Shown here: piece after piece, positions 10,601 to 21,854 of the stretch | How the letters are laid out: each line of letters starts with the position of its first letter | Position numbering within the stretch: position 1 is the first letter of the stretch | Source of the DNA: Nemertoderma westbladi | Taxonomy: Eukaryota; Animalia; Xenacoelomorpha | Direction: 5' to 3' | DNA length: 64,000 nucleotides | Assembly: GCA_032718475.1 (NCBI GenBank) | Contig: JAUCBJ010001973.1 | Span: 1-64,000, forward strand | Notes under the pieces: model-generated | Database searches by the model: none | Seen by the model: the letters and a program-made list of their open reading frames with translations, nothing else | Told to the model about the DNA's origin: nothing | Position numbers and translations under genes: made by a program

Positions 10601-12744
10601 GCACACGCACAGTCAGTACCACGACAGATTTACGTCGCTACAGACACCGACGTAACTGACTTGGACGAGGCCACACAGAACTCTAACTTACAGCTACTTG
10701 CAGCGAAACAGGTCGTATTGACTACCGAAGACCAAAGGGTTGATGCTGTGGATGTCTCGACTAATGAGGATATTGAAAGGCTTGCGAGCCTACCAACAGA
10801 TTCCGAGTTTATCGACCCATCTGCAATGCTTCAACACTGGTCGGGGATCTTGGAAGGCTTTCGAGCCTACCAATAGATTCAAAGGTCATCGAACTGCCTC
10901 AGGATGTTTCGAAGATGACTAGTGACACCGGAAGGCTTGTGAGCCTACCAGCTACATTGACACTAGCCACTGCGGCAGACGATAACGTAGACGAGGAGCA
11001 TGGCGCAGTGCAAGCATCGCTAGACAGACTGTTGACCGAGAGAACCATTAAGTGGTTGGAACAGGACTCAGCAGAACTAGGTAGTTACGAGAGCTATGTC
11101 AGAACAGGAAAAATGGTCATTAAAGATTATGAAGGATACCATTTGCCAGAATGCGAATGGCCACCTCGAAGTTGGGATGTTGTGGCGCCATGGACAACCT
11201 AAGCTCGTCAACAACTATCCACTTGCCTTAAAATGACTTAAGTCTATACGGCAGCGGCTGTTGCGTGATAAGACGGCCCATATGCAATACAATACGCAAC
11301 GAGTCCTGATGTGTTTCAGACAACGCAAGGTTGCCTTCACCTGTGATGTAGAGGCCATGTTCCACCAGGTTAAGGCTTTGGAGCGGGACAGGGACAGTTT
11401 GAGGTTTCTTTGGCATCTGGATGGAAATTTAAACCTTCCGCCAGAAACCTACCAAATGCAGGTAAGAGTTTTCGGGTCCAGGGACAGCCCCAACTGTACC
11501 ATGTATGCCCTAAGCAGACAGCTTTGGACGGACTTGACAAGTTAGACCCAGACGTGGTTTGGACAGTGGAGGGGGATTTCTACATGGATGACAGCCTCAA
11601 GAGCTGCGACACTCTGGAGCATGCTATAACCGTGGCCCACCAACTCCAGGACTGTCTCACCGAGGGCGGCTTTCACCTCACCAAATTAGCCTCCAATAAC
11701 TCCGACCTAGTGAATTCATTTGACCCTACTGACCGTAGCAGGGGTGATCTAGATTTGGACCTAGAAACTCTGCCTACGACCAAAGTCTTACTACTCAGTT
11801 GGGACCCGAACACCGACAACTTTAGGGTGCGCGTAAGGACCAACGACCAGACGAGACCTCTCACCAAGAGGACCTGCTTATTGACCATGAGTCATTAGTA
11901 TGACCCACTGTGCTTTATCAGTCCAGTGATCCTACATGCAAGGAACATACTCCGCAGCATTTGGCAGGCTGGACTGGAATGGTATGATCCCATCCCAGAA
12001 AAGCTGGCTGAGCAGGGGAGGGACTGGGAGGCACAACTGACACTCCTACAAGACTATACCATCCCGAGGGTATACTGGCCACTTCCTTATACTGGCGGCT
12101 TTACAGGCCACCTTTCCTGCAGATCTGGAGCTTTACAGCTTCAGTGACGCTTGCAAGGACGGGCTGGGGGTTACCTTATACTTACGTGACAAGTGACATT
12201 GGACAGTTACGAGGTATCTTTCGTTACTTCAAAAGCTAAGACAATGCCTCTGAAGTATATGACAATGCCTCGGGGAGAACTTCAAGCCGGGATGATAACC
12301 ACCATACCAACATCATCAGTCTAGTCCAGCGCAAACTGGAGGCCAACTTGAAAGTCACGTATTGGACCGACGCAATGTTAGTGCTTTGGTACATCAATAA
12401 TGAAACGTTTCAGCAAGACTTTTGTTGCCAACAGACGGGCTGTAATACTAGACAGGTCGCTCAAACAGGACTGGCATCACTGCCCAGGGAAATTTAACCT
12501 GGCTGACATGGCGTCATGGGGAATGTTACCCATAGACTTTTGTAAACTGGAACATAAGTCCTTCTGGTTTAAAGGACCCGATTTCCTACAACGACCATTA
12601 GATGAATGGCCACCACTATTCGACGCGACATCGAACACCATACTGGAAGTTGCCGAGATAAAAATCGACACTGTCATCAAGTCGAAAGCAAAAGCCAGCA
12701 CCAAGGTCAAGGGGAAACAAGGACGAGCAAAGTCTAATGACGTC

Positions 12745-13220
12745 TCATCAGACATTCTACCAGACGTTCCAACAAATATTTCGCTGGATGTTCCGCGGGG
12801 GATTTCACCAGACATTTCGCCAGATTGTTCACCAGACGTTTTGCCAGATTGTTCGACAGACTGTCCACCAGATTATTCTCCGGACTCTTCACCAGACTGT
12901 TTTCTGGATCTTTCGACCAATTGTCTACCGGACATCTCACCAGATTTTCCACTAGACATTTCGCTGGATTTATCACCAGACTTTCGACCAGACATCTCGC
13001 CAGACTGTCAACCGGATTTTCCACCTGACATCTCGCCAGTCTGTCAACTAGATTTAGACCAGTCATTCTGCCAGATGTTACACCAGACTTTCTACTGGAC
13101 GTACGAAGAACATTTCGCTGGATGTTCCATGACATGTTTCACCAGATGTCTCACCAGACTGTTCGCCAGACGTCTCACCAGACTGTCTACCAGACCATTC
13201 ACCAGACATTCTACCAGAAT
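12745..13220 (+). repeat. In-frame 12-bp tandem repeat (ccagacatttcg-like, ~40 units) encoding (P/L-D-x-S/P)n between RNase H and integrase
   Basis: Translation SPDISPDCSPDVLPDCSTDCPPDYSPDSSPDC... Confidence 0.92.
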
Positions 13221-13672
13221 GTAAAGACATGCACTACAACGCTGAATTACCCCATTGGAGCGGACTAGTATCAACCCATTAGGTATTACCAACTTACCTA
13301 CTTTGACTTCCTTGAGTCACCATGACAACGGTGTGAATACAGGTATTACAAGTATGGGTCATGCCCATCAAAACGTAAATACAGGTATCACACTACAATC
13401 AAGGAAAATACCCGACTTACAGCCGATGGCTAAATGTGTGACTAAGGTTAGGAGAACAACATCCACAAGAACACAAACAAGAAGATGTCCACAAGAACAC
13501 ACTAACCCCATAGAGTTGAAACTATTACTACAGGTCAACCCATTGAGTGAAGGCCAAGGTACTTAAGGACTCAGACAAACCCATTGCACAAAGGGAGACA
13601 CTCACTGGACCCTACCAAGTCCAAAAAAGTATCCACACCATACCTACACCTTACCTGATGATGTCACCAACA

Positions 13673-13883
13673 CTTACGTTGACCATATAGTCAACTTGAC
13701 ACGATCATGGACAGATGCTTGCTGCAAACTGGCATGGCTTAAACGAGTGAGACAATATGCCAAAGGCAAACACGGCACCAACTCTTACGTCAACCGGATA
13801 GTCAACTTGACACGATCATGGACAGACGCTTGACGCAAACTGGCATGGCTCAAATGCTTGAGACAATATGCCAAAGGCAAACA
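13673..13883 (+). repeat. 111-bp tandem duplication inside pol
   Basis: cttacgt...tagtcaacttgacacgatcatggacaga...gacaatatgccaaaggcaaaca occurs twice. Confidence 0.88.
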
Positions 13884-15029
13884 ACGACTTTCCACGAAGA
13901 CTAACCTTGGCCGAAATTGAGAACTGTGAAATTTATATTATTAGACATTATCAATTGTGATATTTCACACGAGAGTTCACAGTAATCAATAAGTCAATCA
14001 ATCAATAAGTTCACAGTCTTCACCGATACTGAGTTGGAGTCCAATAATATACAAGAGCTTACTTTGTCACAAGTCCAGACTCTAAAACATTGACTTTGCT
14101 ATTGACTTTAGGTATCCTATCATCATACCACAAAACCATGAGTTACAGCGCGCTATGATACTGGACACACATGTATAACTCAAACACATAGGTAGGCACC
14201 ACTGCCTATCACTCTTATGCTCGAGGTTTGAAATAATTAGACCTAGTAAGGCATTGAGTTCAGTAACGCACAACTGTATTATCTGTAAGAAGGTACATGC
14301 AAGGATAGGATGCCAGGAAATGAGTTAACTACCACTAGCTAGATTACAGGCGTTTAGACCCCCATTTACCGAGACTTGGATTGACTGTTTTGGACCTATA
14401 AACACAAAACTTGGATGCGTACAGGTGAAACGTTAGGGATGGATCTTTACCTGCATGGCCAGTAGAGCAGTTCATACTGAAAGCGTAACAGATCTAACCA
14501 CCAACGCATTTATTCTAGCTTTATGGCGATTTATCACTAGACGCGGATTGGTCAAATCCATACACTGTGACCAAGGGACCAACTTGTAGGTGCGAGGAAC
14601 AAAATCTCCAGAGCCTTAAAGAAGTTGGACCACAATCAAATCTCCAACGAACTATGTCCCAACAAGATCGTCTGGAACTTCAACCCTTCTGACAGTCCAT
14701 GGAGAGGCGGAGTTTGGGAGAGATTAATTGGATCCATCAAAACGGCAATGGCGAAAGTAATACCTATGCAACTACAACAAACTGACTACGTTGTTGATAG
14801 AAATCAAAGCGGTAAAGAATACCAGACCCATCGCTTTGATTCCAGATGATAAACAATCCCAGTTTGCCTTGACACCACCGCACCTGCTTATGCAGGCGGT
14901 GATGACACTGTTGCCCACTTCTGTACCCATCGACAGTGACAGTTACGGCAACAAAGCTTGGAAAATCACTCAGTTGTTAGCCAATAAGTTTTGGGAAGTA
15001 TGGCAGAAGCATTATTTGCCCTCTATTTC

Positions 15030-15707
15030 AAACTTAGTAAGTTGTGATGTGGGACCCTTGATGGTCGCCACGTAGTCCAACCATACTCCTGTACACTGTA
15101 GGTTAAAGACAATGGTGGAATTCCATTGCCTTTATATGTGAACATGGAGGGTAGTACCCTTATGTACAAATCGTTGCCCTTCAAAGTCGTAGATATATCC
15201 AATGTACCCACAATCTTCGAACTCCATAAAATTATCACCATGAATTTCCTTTTTCTTCGGTTCAATACGGGAAAGAACGACTTTGCCGTAGATGCTTTGT
15301 AAGACATCTAGAATTTTTCGCGAGATAAAAATTGATGCGCCGTTTTTCCCAATGCGTAAGTACGCATGATTTATTGGCGTTATAAGCAAATTGCCTCTGG
15401 TGTATTCCTTGTAATATTCAATGGCTATTTTCTTATAATTGAGGAAGTCAAATAGGAATCTTATGTTCTGGTAAGTAAGACTTACCGATTCTTGCACGAC
15501 GTTGCGTCCTTTGGTATCACCCCAACGGTTGAATCGAACGTATTTCCCGTTAAATGCTTTTATTTCTATTCCTTCCCCCAAACACTCGAGGCCCCACACA
15601 CTCTTACCTGTAATCACCGATACGTATGGGGCGGGCGCACTATCAGTAGAGCTACCGCTTAATGACATCATTTTTGGTTGTGATAGTTTCACAGATTCCA
15701 TCAACAA
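15030..15707 (-). pseudogene. Polinton ORF with putative tandem PC4-like (ssDNA-binding) domains; internal stop, truncated at the BEL junction
   Basis: IKAFNGKYVRFNRW...SVSLTYQNIRFL and YIYDFEGQRFVH...I*RQW...TGVWL resemble the PC4 pattern (F.G..vdIR.w....GisL); reading continues past TAA 15132. Confidence 0.4.
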
Positions 15708-15949
15708 ATTTTGCGAAATATTAATAATTAAGTGTAAAAATACAATAATATCACGCTATACAATGTGCGAAAAATATGAATAATGAATTATAACCCGAAT
15801 GATGAAATAAAGTATTTTACGACGTATTTATAATGTAATGATGGGCTATCGGGAAAACGGGTATATTTTAACCACTCAACCGGATTAATCGCTATTGTCC
15901 TGAGAGAATTTTTTTTTAAAAACTTCCTAAATTTCAAAGGAAATATTTA

Positions 15950-16100
15950 TTTATGCTTAAATTGGTTGACGTAAGTGGTAACAGCTTGCGGTGGCGATTA
16001 ATGTGACCTATATAAATTTTTATAGACACACCCCCGAATTTCCACAGAATATTACTCACGGTTAAATTGATTGACGTCAACTGTATTAACTGTGTAGCTT
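15950..16100. promoter_or_regulatory. Putative divergent Pol II promoter (CRE-like TGACGT sites, TATA box)
   Basis: attggttgacgtaag (~15961), ctatataaat (~16008), ttgacgtcaa (~16071), lying between divergent ORFs. Confidence 0.35.
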
Positions 16101-16260
16101 CTTAGAAGTTTCATAATTTTAAGCATGAGCGAATTTAATTTAATGTCGGCATTGTAAACTTTCTCTCCCGATGGATATTTTTCTGTAATCATCTACTAAA
16201 AATGAACAATTGCGGCGCGCGAACGACGTTTTAAAGACACACCCATTATAAATATACCCA

Positions 16261-16923
16261 TTGGTCAAAATATTATTGATTAAGCGACATGACAAGAGTC
16301 AATTGAAGCTTGAGTCTATAGATAAGATCATTTTTTCAAATATATTATTCATTGTTACCTTTCTTTTCGGAATTTTTTTAGGTAAAATACGCCGTAATAA
16401 AAAAATATTTCAAATAATACAAGCTGAAAATAGTTACCGCGGTCCTAATTCAATTATTCCAATTAAAATTGAATTGTTAAGCCCGGCAGCTCGGGCGCCT
16501 GTATGCGGCTCATATAGTCCCGCTGGGATTGATATATATAGCGCCGTGAATAGAACAATAGAGCCGCACTCACGAATGTTAATTGAGACGGGTGTTAAAA
16601 TATATTTACCCGTCAATTATTTTGGAAGAATTACACCGACTTTTAGCTTGACTAAAATTGGCATTGATGTTGCAGAATGTGTGGTCGATTCCAGTGTCGC
16701 GCGCGGCAATATAGATCAACTTGTAATTATATTGATTAACAACACATCTAAGGAATACGTTGTAACATCGGGCGATAAAATATGCCAGCTTATATGCCAA
16801 CAATGTAATGCGGCAATACTCTACGTTTCTAATATTTATTCGGATGATTATTTTGGGCTTTTACTGACGAATTTAACGCCGTATGGGGAAGATATTAATT
16901 CAGCATTTCACTGCACATATTAA
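16261..16923 (+). CDS. dUTPase-like protein with N-terminal hydrophobic segment; motifs II, III and V degenerate
   Basis: LLSPAARAP..GS..AGIDIYS (I), TGV.I.LP..YFGRITPTFSL (II altered), VVDSSVARG (III), GDKICQLI (IV), no RGxGGFGS motif V; IIFSNILFIVTFLFGIFLG N-terminal. Confidence 0.85.
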   Translation: MVKILLIKRHDKSQLKLESIDKIIFSNILFIVTFLFGIFLGKIRRNKKIFQIIQAENSYRGPNSIIPIKIELLSPAARAPVCGSYSPAGIDIYSAVNRTIEPHSRMLIETGVKIYLPVNYFGRITPTFSLTKIGIDVAECVVDSSVARGNIDQLVIILINNTSKEYVVTSGDKICQLICQQCNAAILYVSNIYSDDYFGLLLTNLTPYGEDINSAFHCTY

Positions 16924-17216
16924 ATATGTGACATTAAATGCATAACACCAAACTCGGGTGGTGACACATGTCAATACTATTTCAATACTCTTACACGCGA
17001 TTATACAACATAGTTAATAGAGCATATAAATAGGATAATTGTCAGTTCAGTAAATTTTGGTTGGTTAAACGGTTTCAAGCGCGGGTGGCTGACTGGGTAT
17101 TGGATATATTTATCTACATAAAATCTGCCGCATCTCTTTCATCGGCATATTGTAAATATGTTTTCTGTACCTACGTTAATAAATATATTATAATCGTAAT
17201 AATAATAATAATTATA

Positions 17217-19667
17217 ATGATGGGGATTAATTGCGTTTTTTGCGGTTGTACTATACTTAAGAAAAATTATTTACGGCATTTACGCACACATTTTGATGGG
17301 TATGTTTGCGATAATTGTAATTGCCGAACTACTTCTGAAAGAATAGCAATATTTCACAGTAATAGATGTTGCGGGTTGTCTCGCCCGAATTACACCTACC
17401 GTGGTTACGCGCTATCCTGCCTGACATGCTCTGATGATTTTGAAAACTTTGATTCATATATCGAACATAGTTGCCATCAAAACCATTACAATTCCTGCAA
17501 ACGCAAACATAACCAAAAACGATCAGAACCAACATTTCAATCGGATCTCAACGTTGGTTCGCCTGTAAGCATTACAAACAGCACAGATACACCCAACGAA
17601 GGTTTTCATCTCTCAAAAACATGTCACGAATGACGCGTTCACTCATAATGTACCATCTAATGAGATGTATCCGGATGTGCCGAATTATTTAAATTATATG
17701 GGGATATATGCTTCGCGCGCTTTTAACACGGCGCATCGGCTTTTATTGATATGTTTTATAAAGTGTGGGTGATTGCTTCGGTGATAATGGAACGTGATGA
17801 TGCTAATTATACTTTACAAGAAGAATTCCATTTTACTTCGATCGGTACAGATAATTATATTGAAAATAGCTCGGATTTTGACGAATGGTACTACACAGTC
17901 ATTTCCCATATCAGTAAAAAAATATCGCAATTTATTTGGCGGGGTAGCGGTTGGAAACTTGTAACTCTATCGTGCATCAAACTTACTATTGCGTCATACT
18001 TGCGATCGGTATATCGTTTTGAACATAGTGGTGATGCCAACCAATCAATCCCGACAAAATTAAAAAATTAACATTGTATAATAAATGTACCGTGTAATGA
18101 AGGTGAATGTTTTAAGTGGGCGGTCCTGACAGCAAAATTTTCAAAACATATATCGGATGATCACACACTGCGCCATGTTTCACGCCAAAGTTCTTATAAT
18201 CAGTATTTAGGGTTTTTTAATTTAAGCGAATTAGATTCTACCCTATCATGGAAACTAAATATTCTAAATTTTGAAAAAAAATTATCCAAATTATTTAATA
18301 AATTTATTGTATTTCGATAGAAGTAGCGAGAAAATTTCCTTTCTACGACAACCGAGCACTAAAAAAGCTGAAGGTAAAAGATTGCTAAATTTATTGCTTA
18401 TTGAACGTCAAAATTTAACCTCAACAAATCACATTATCACTTAATCACTTAAATAGATTATTTAATGGTCGCAGGGAAGGCAATAGCGACACTCATTGTC
18501 TTCGTTGTGAGTGGTGTATTTGTGGCTTCTACAGTCCAAATGCGTTAAAACGCCATAGATTGTGGTGTTGGCAAGGGAGAAATCAAATAGAGGAGATGCC
18601 ATCTAAACTGAATTTACGCTTTACTAATTACTATAAGTCTGTGAGTACGCCTTTTATAGTATATATGGATTTCGAAGTGGTACTAGCCCCAACAAATAAT
18701 GTAAAAAAGTATTATATAGCCGAACATCTCCCGTCGGCCGTTTCATATTTGATTGTCCCCAATAGCGAATTAATTAACCCACCAAATTATTTTTTATCTA
18801 CATTAAGACAAAATATCGATAATAACTCGGTATAATTATCGATAGTCTGGTTTTTGATTTATTTAAGTGTTATGAATGGTCTACCTTTAACACGCACCAC
18901 CCCAAATAACTGGATCGCACACAATACCAAGCTTATATGCGTACCACAAATTACTTTAATTGTAAATCATTTTTTCGGGAAGATATAAATCCAAGTGTAA
19001 TGCATCACAACCATTACAACCGGGCTTTCATTGGTGCGGCATGTATTTCCTGTAATAAACAATTAAGTGTTAAACGTCACCTATTCCCAGTTGTCTGTCA
19101 TAATTTTTTTTTTATGATTCACATTTAATTTTACAAAAAGGGTTTGCCTGTAGTAAATATGAAAACTGGAACATTGAAACCATTGCAAAAAATACTGAAA
19201 GATATATCTCACTTCGCATAGATATTCCAATGTCAGAAGCACTTAGCGTGCTTGGTTATGCTATTCAAGAAAAGGACGTAAGAGTGCTCCCAACCAGCAA
19301 ATCAATAACTATACAGTTTATTGATTTATTCGCGTTTATGGGATTTTCCCTTTCTGCTTTGGCTGGGTTTTTGACAAAAGATGTGTCAGATTTAACAACC
19401 GTTATTCCGCACACTGTGAAGCAAATGAGAAAATTATATCCAAATGTTACCAATGAAATTTTACGTCGTAAGTCAGTTTTTCCTTACGAATATGTCGATT
19501 CCTTAAGAAAATTGGGGGATACTAAATTACCGCATCCAAAAGAGTTTTACAGCGAATTAACATTATCATCTATTAGCCCTGAAGAATATACATTTGCTCA
19601 TCTTTCGTGGGAACAATTTGAATGTGAGACACTTTTTGATTATTTAGAAGCTTACTTACATCTTGAC
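17217..19667 (+). pseudogene. Protein-primed DNA polymerase B, N-terminal half only (C2H2 fingers, GSGW region, exonuclease motifs, EndoVII-like insert); polymerase domain missing
   Basis: CVFC...YLRHLRTH; FIWRGSGW; CFKWAVL; FTNYYK...PFIVYMDFE; HNHYNRAFIGAACISCN; VVCHN; FIDLFAFMGFSL; RKSVFPYEY; FYSEL...DYLEAYLHLD then abrupt change of sequence. Confidence 0.9.
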
Positions 19668-19754
19668 GGTTGGTTGAGACGACAAGGGGTCCGTGTGACC
19701 CCCTCCAACGCAAAATGCGTCGATGCGTGGAAACAATACGTAGGACTACAATAA
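19668..19754 (+). pseudogene. C-terminal remnant of a different Polinton ORF fused to pPolB by deletion
   Basis: GWLRRQGVRVTPSNAKCVDAWKQY does not continue pPolB and sits just upstream of integrase. Confidence 0.45.
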
Positions 19755-19872
19755 ATCGACATATGGAAACAAAACGCGGGATAACATTAAAATAGTAGTA
19801 TGTTTTTTGAATGTTTCATATTAAGTATTAACTGCCATTGCAAGTGTTTTCTACCGCGACTCGACACAACCG

Positions 19873-20964
19873 ATGGGGAGAATCGTAGAAAATCGAACAA
19901 ACAAACGACTGGGAAGAATATATTACGATGTTTCAAATGCTGCCGGTTTCGCGAGCGTAACCAAACTAGCAAAAGCCGCTAAAGTTACGAGAAATCGCGC
20001 AAAGGAGTGGTTGAGCTCCCAACGAGCGTATTCCCTACACGCGCCGGCTAGGCGCCATTACCCGACATCAAAAATTTTCACGGGCGGCATTGGACATCTA
20101 TATCAGGCGGACCTATGCGATATGCAACCCTTTAGGGTGGAGAATAATGGTTATGGTTACATAATTACTTGTATCGATTGCTTTAGTCGCAAGGCGTGGG
20201 CACCAGGGTTAAAACGTAAAACCGGTGTCGAAATTAAACGCGCCCTAACCACAATATTCAAAGAAAGAAAGCCTAAAAGACTGGCGGTTGATTAGGGTAC
20301 TGAGATTGTAAATAAATTAGTGAAAGAATTCTTACAGAATAATAATGTTAATTTTTATACATTAGTTAGCCAATTTAAAGCTAGCATCTGTGAGAGGCTT
20401 AACCGCACACTTAAGTCGAAAATGTATAAAGTGTTCACAAGGCGGCAAAATAAGAAATGGATCGACATATTACCAAAGCTGGTAATTTCATATAATAATT
20501 CAATACATAGAACCATCGGTATGGCGCCAAACTTAGTCAATAAAAATAATGAAACTGACTTATTTTTAAAACTATATGGCAGTGTGCGCCATCCCAATAA
20601 AAAGAAACGACGGGAACAGCGTCGAGTTTATTTCAAAGTTGGCGATAAAGTGCGTCTGAGATTAACCGCGACGCCATTTTCCAAAGGATATACACCTAAC
20701 TATACCTGGGAAATTTTCGAAATTTCTAGAATACAGATGGATCGAGAGCCGTACCCTATGTATGAAGTTATGGATGTGAATAGGCGTGTTATTAAAGGGA
20801 CATTTTATCAATATGAAATGAAAAAGGTGAAAGAACCGTTTGAGTTCTTACCAATTGAAAAAGTAATCAAGGAAAAAGTAATAAACAAAAAAACAGGGAA
20901 AAAACAATACCTGGTAAAATTCGTTGGTTATGCGAAGCACCGGTGGGTTGATAGGATACAATAA
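19873..20964 (+). pseudogene. Polinton retroviral-like (c-int) integrase with C-terminal chromodomain; one in-frame TAG at 20293-20295
   Basis: IYYD..NAAGF; WLSSQRAYSLHAP; YQADLCDM; CIDCFSR; VD*GTE; ERLNRTLK; YNNSIHRTIGMAP; FKVGDKVR...FSKGYTPN; IEKV...YLVKFVGY. Confidence 0.95.
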
Positions 20965-21854
20965 TGGATCGCTTACATTTGACATTGACTTCTGACGCCA
21001 GTCTAGATAAATATCCTAACAACACCCCGAGCGATTTTACAATTGAGTTGTCCAAACCTATCCCCATTACCACGGATTGGGTTGTGGGCCTAAAAGAAAT
21101 ACAATATGTATCAACTTATAGGAATATCGAGCAAAGATCCGGAATTAAAATTGGTGAATACATGGAAGATGTGGATATACCATTCCACATTGCCCCATAT
21201 AATCTTATTGAAATCGATCTTAATCATGGGCTGTATGCTTCTGTTGAGTCAATTATAAATTATATTACCGTATATTTGAAAAAAAATTCCGTAGCACATC
21301 ATGGTTTCTCCTATGTTAAGTTTAATTATCACAAGCACACATCGAAAATACATTTGCATTCTATGAAAGGACGCTATTTCCAATTCTACGGGGATTTAAT
21401 AAATATATTTGGCTTATCGTCTTTAAAAAATAACATACTTGGTCTTGGCGCGTTTTGGTCAATACATTACAACCCAGAAGACAACTTACTAAGTTTAGGC
21501 TCTAGAAATTCAGACAAAAATGGAATTGAATTTCCTGAACCCTGCGATATAACGAGGGATAGACATACAATGTTTATATATACAGATATAATTTAATCTT
21601 CCCACGTGGGGCATTCTATGGTTCCTCTTTTGCGGATAATTCCATTAAAATGGCAACCATACTCATTTATAAGTCAAGAGTTCGAAAACACTCATTACAA
21701 ACAGTTAAAAAATCAACAATAATTTGTTAATACAATTAGTATAACGCTTCGCGATCATAAAGGAAAGCATATAGTGTTTCACGGTGGTAAAACAATTTTA
21801 GTTCTAGAACTAAAAAAACAGTCGCAATTACAAAACTGGTATAATGATGAATAG
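20964..21854 (+). pseudogene. Minor capsid (penton) protein copy 1, two in-frame TAA stops (21594, 21720)
   Basis: LTLTSDAS...YPNNTPSDFTIELSKPI...WVVGLKEIQY; MFIYTDII*SSHVG...PLLRII; HYKQL...TISITLRDHKG...F..GKTILVLEL. Confidence 0.88.

Larger units (their letters stand above)
7700..15030 (+). mobile_element. BEL/Pao retrotransposon 2, decayed gag-pol without visible LTRs
   Basis: Gag PPKFSG..HW (~8880); protease YAILDSES (~10030); RT VAFTCDVEAMFHQV, YMDD (11581), GGFHLTK; RNase H SDACK (~12143), FVANR...WHHCPG..NLAD..S.G...W.KGPDFL; integrase IDCFGP, PWRGGVWERLIGS, LTPPHLL, FW..W..HYLP; many stops and frameshifts. Confidence 0.92.

Noticed and set aside
12734-13292. Overlapping repetitive ORFs in other frames and strand
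   Set aside because: By-products of the 12-bp tandem repeat
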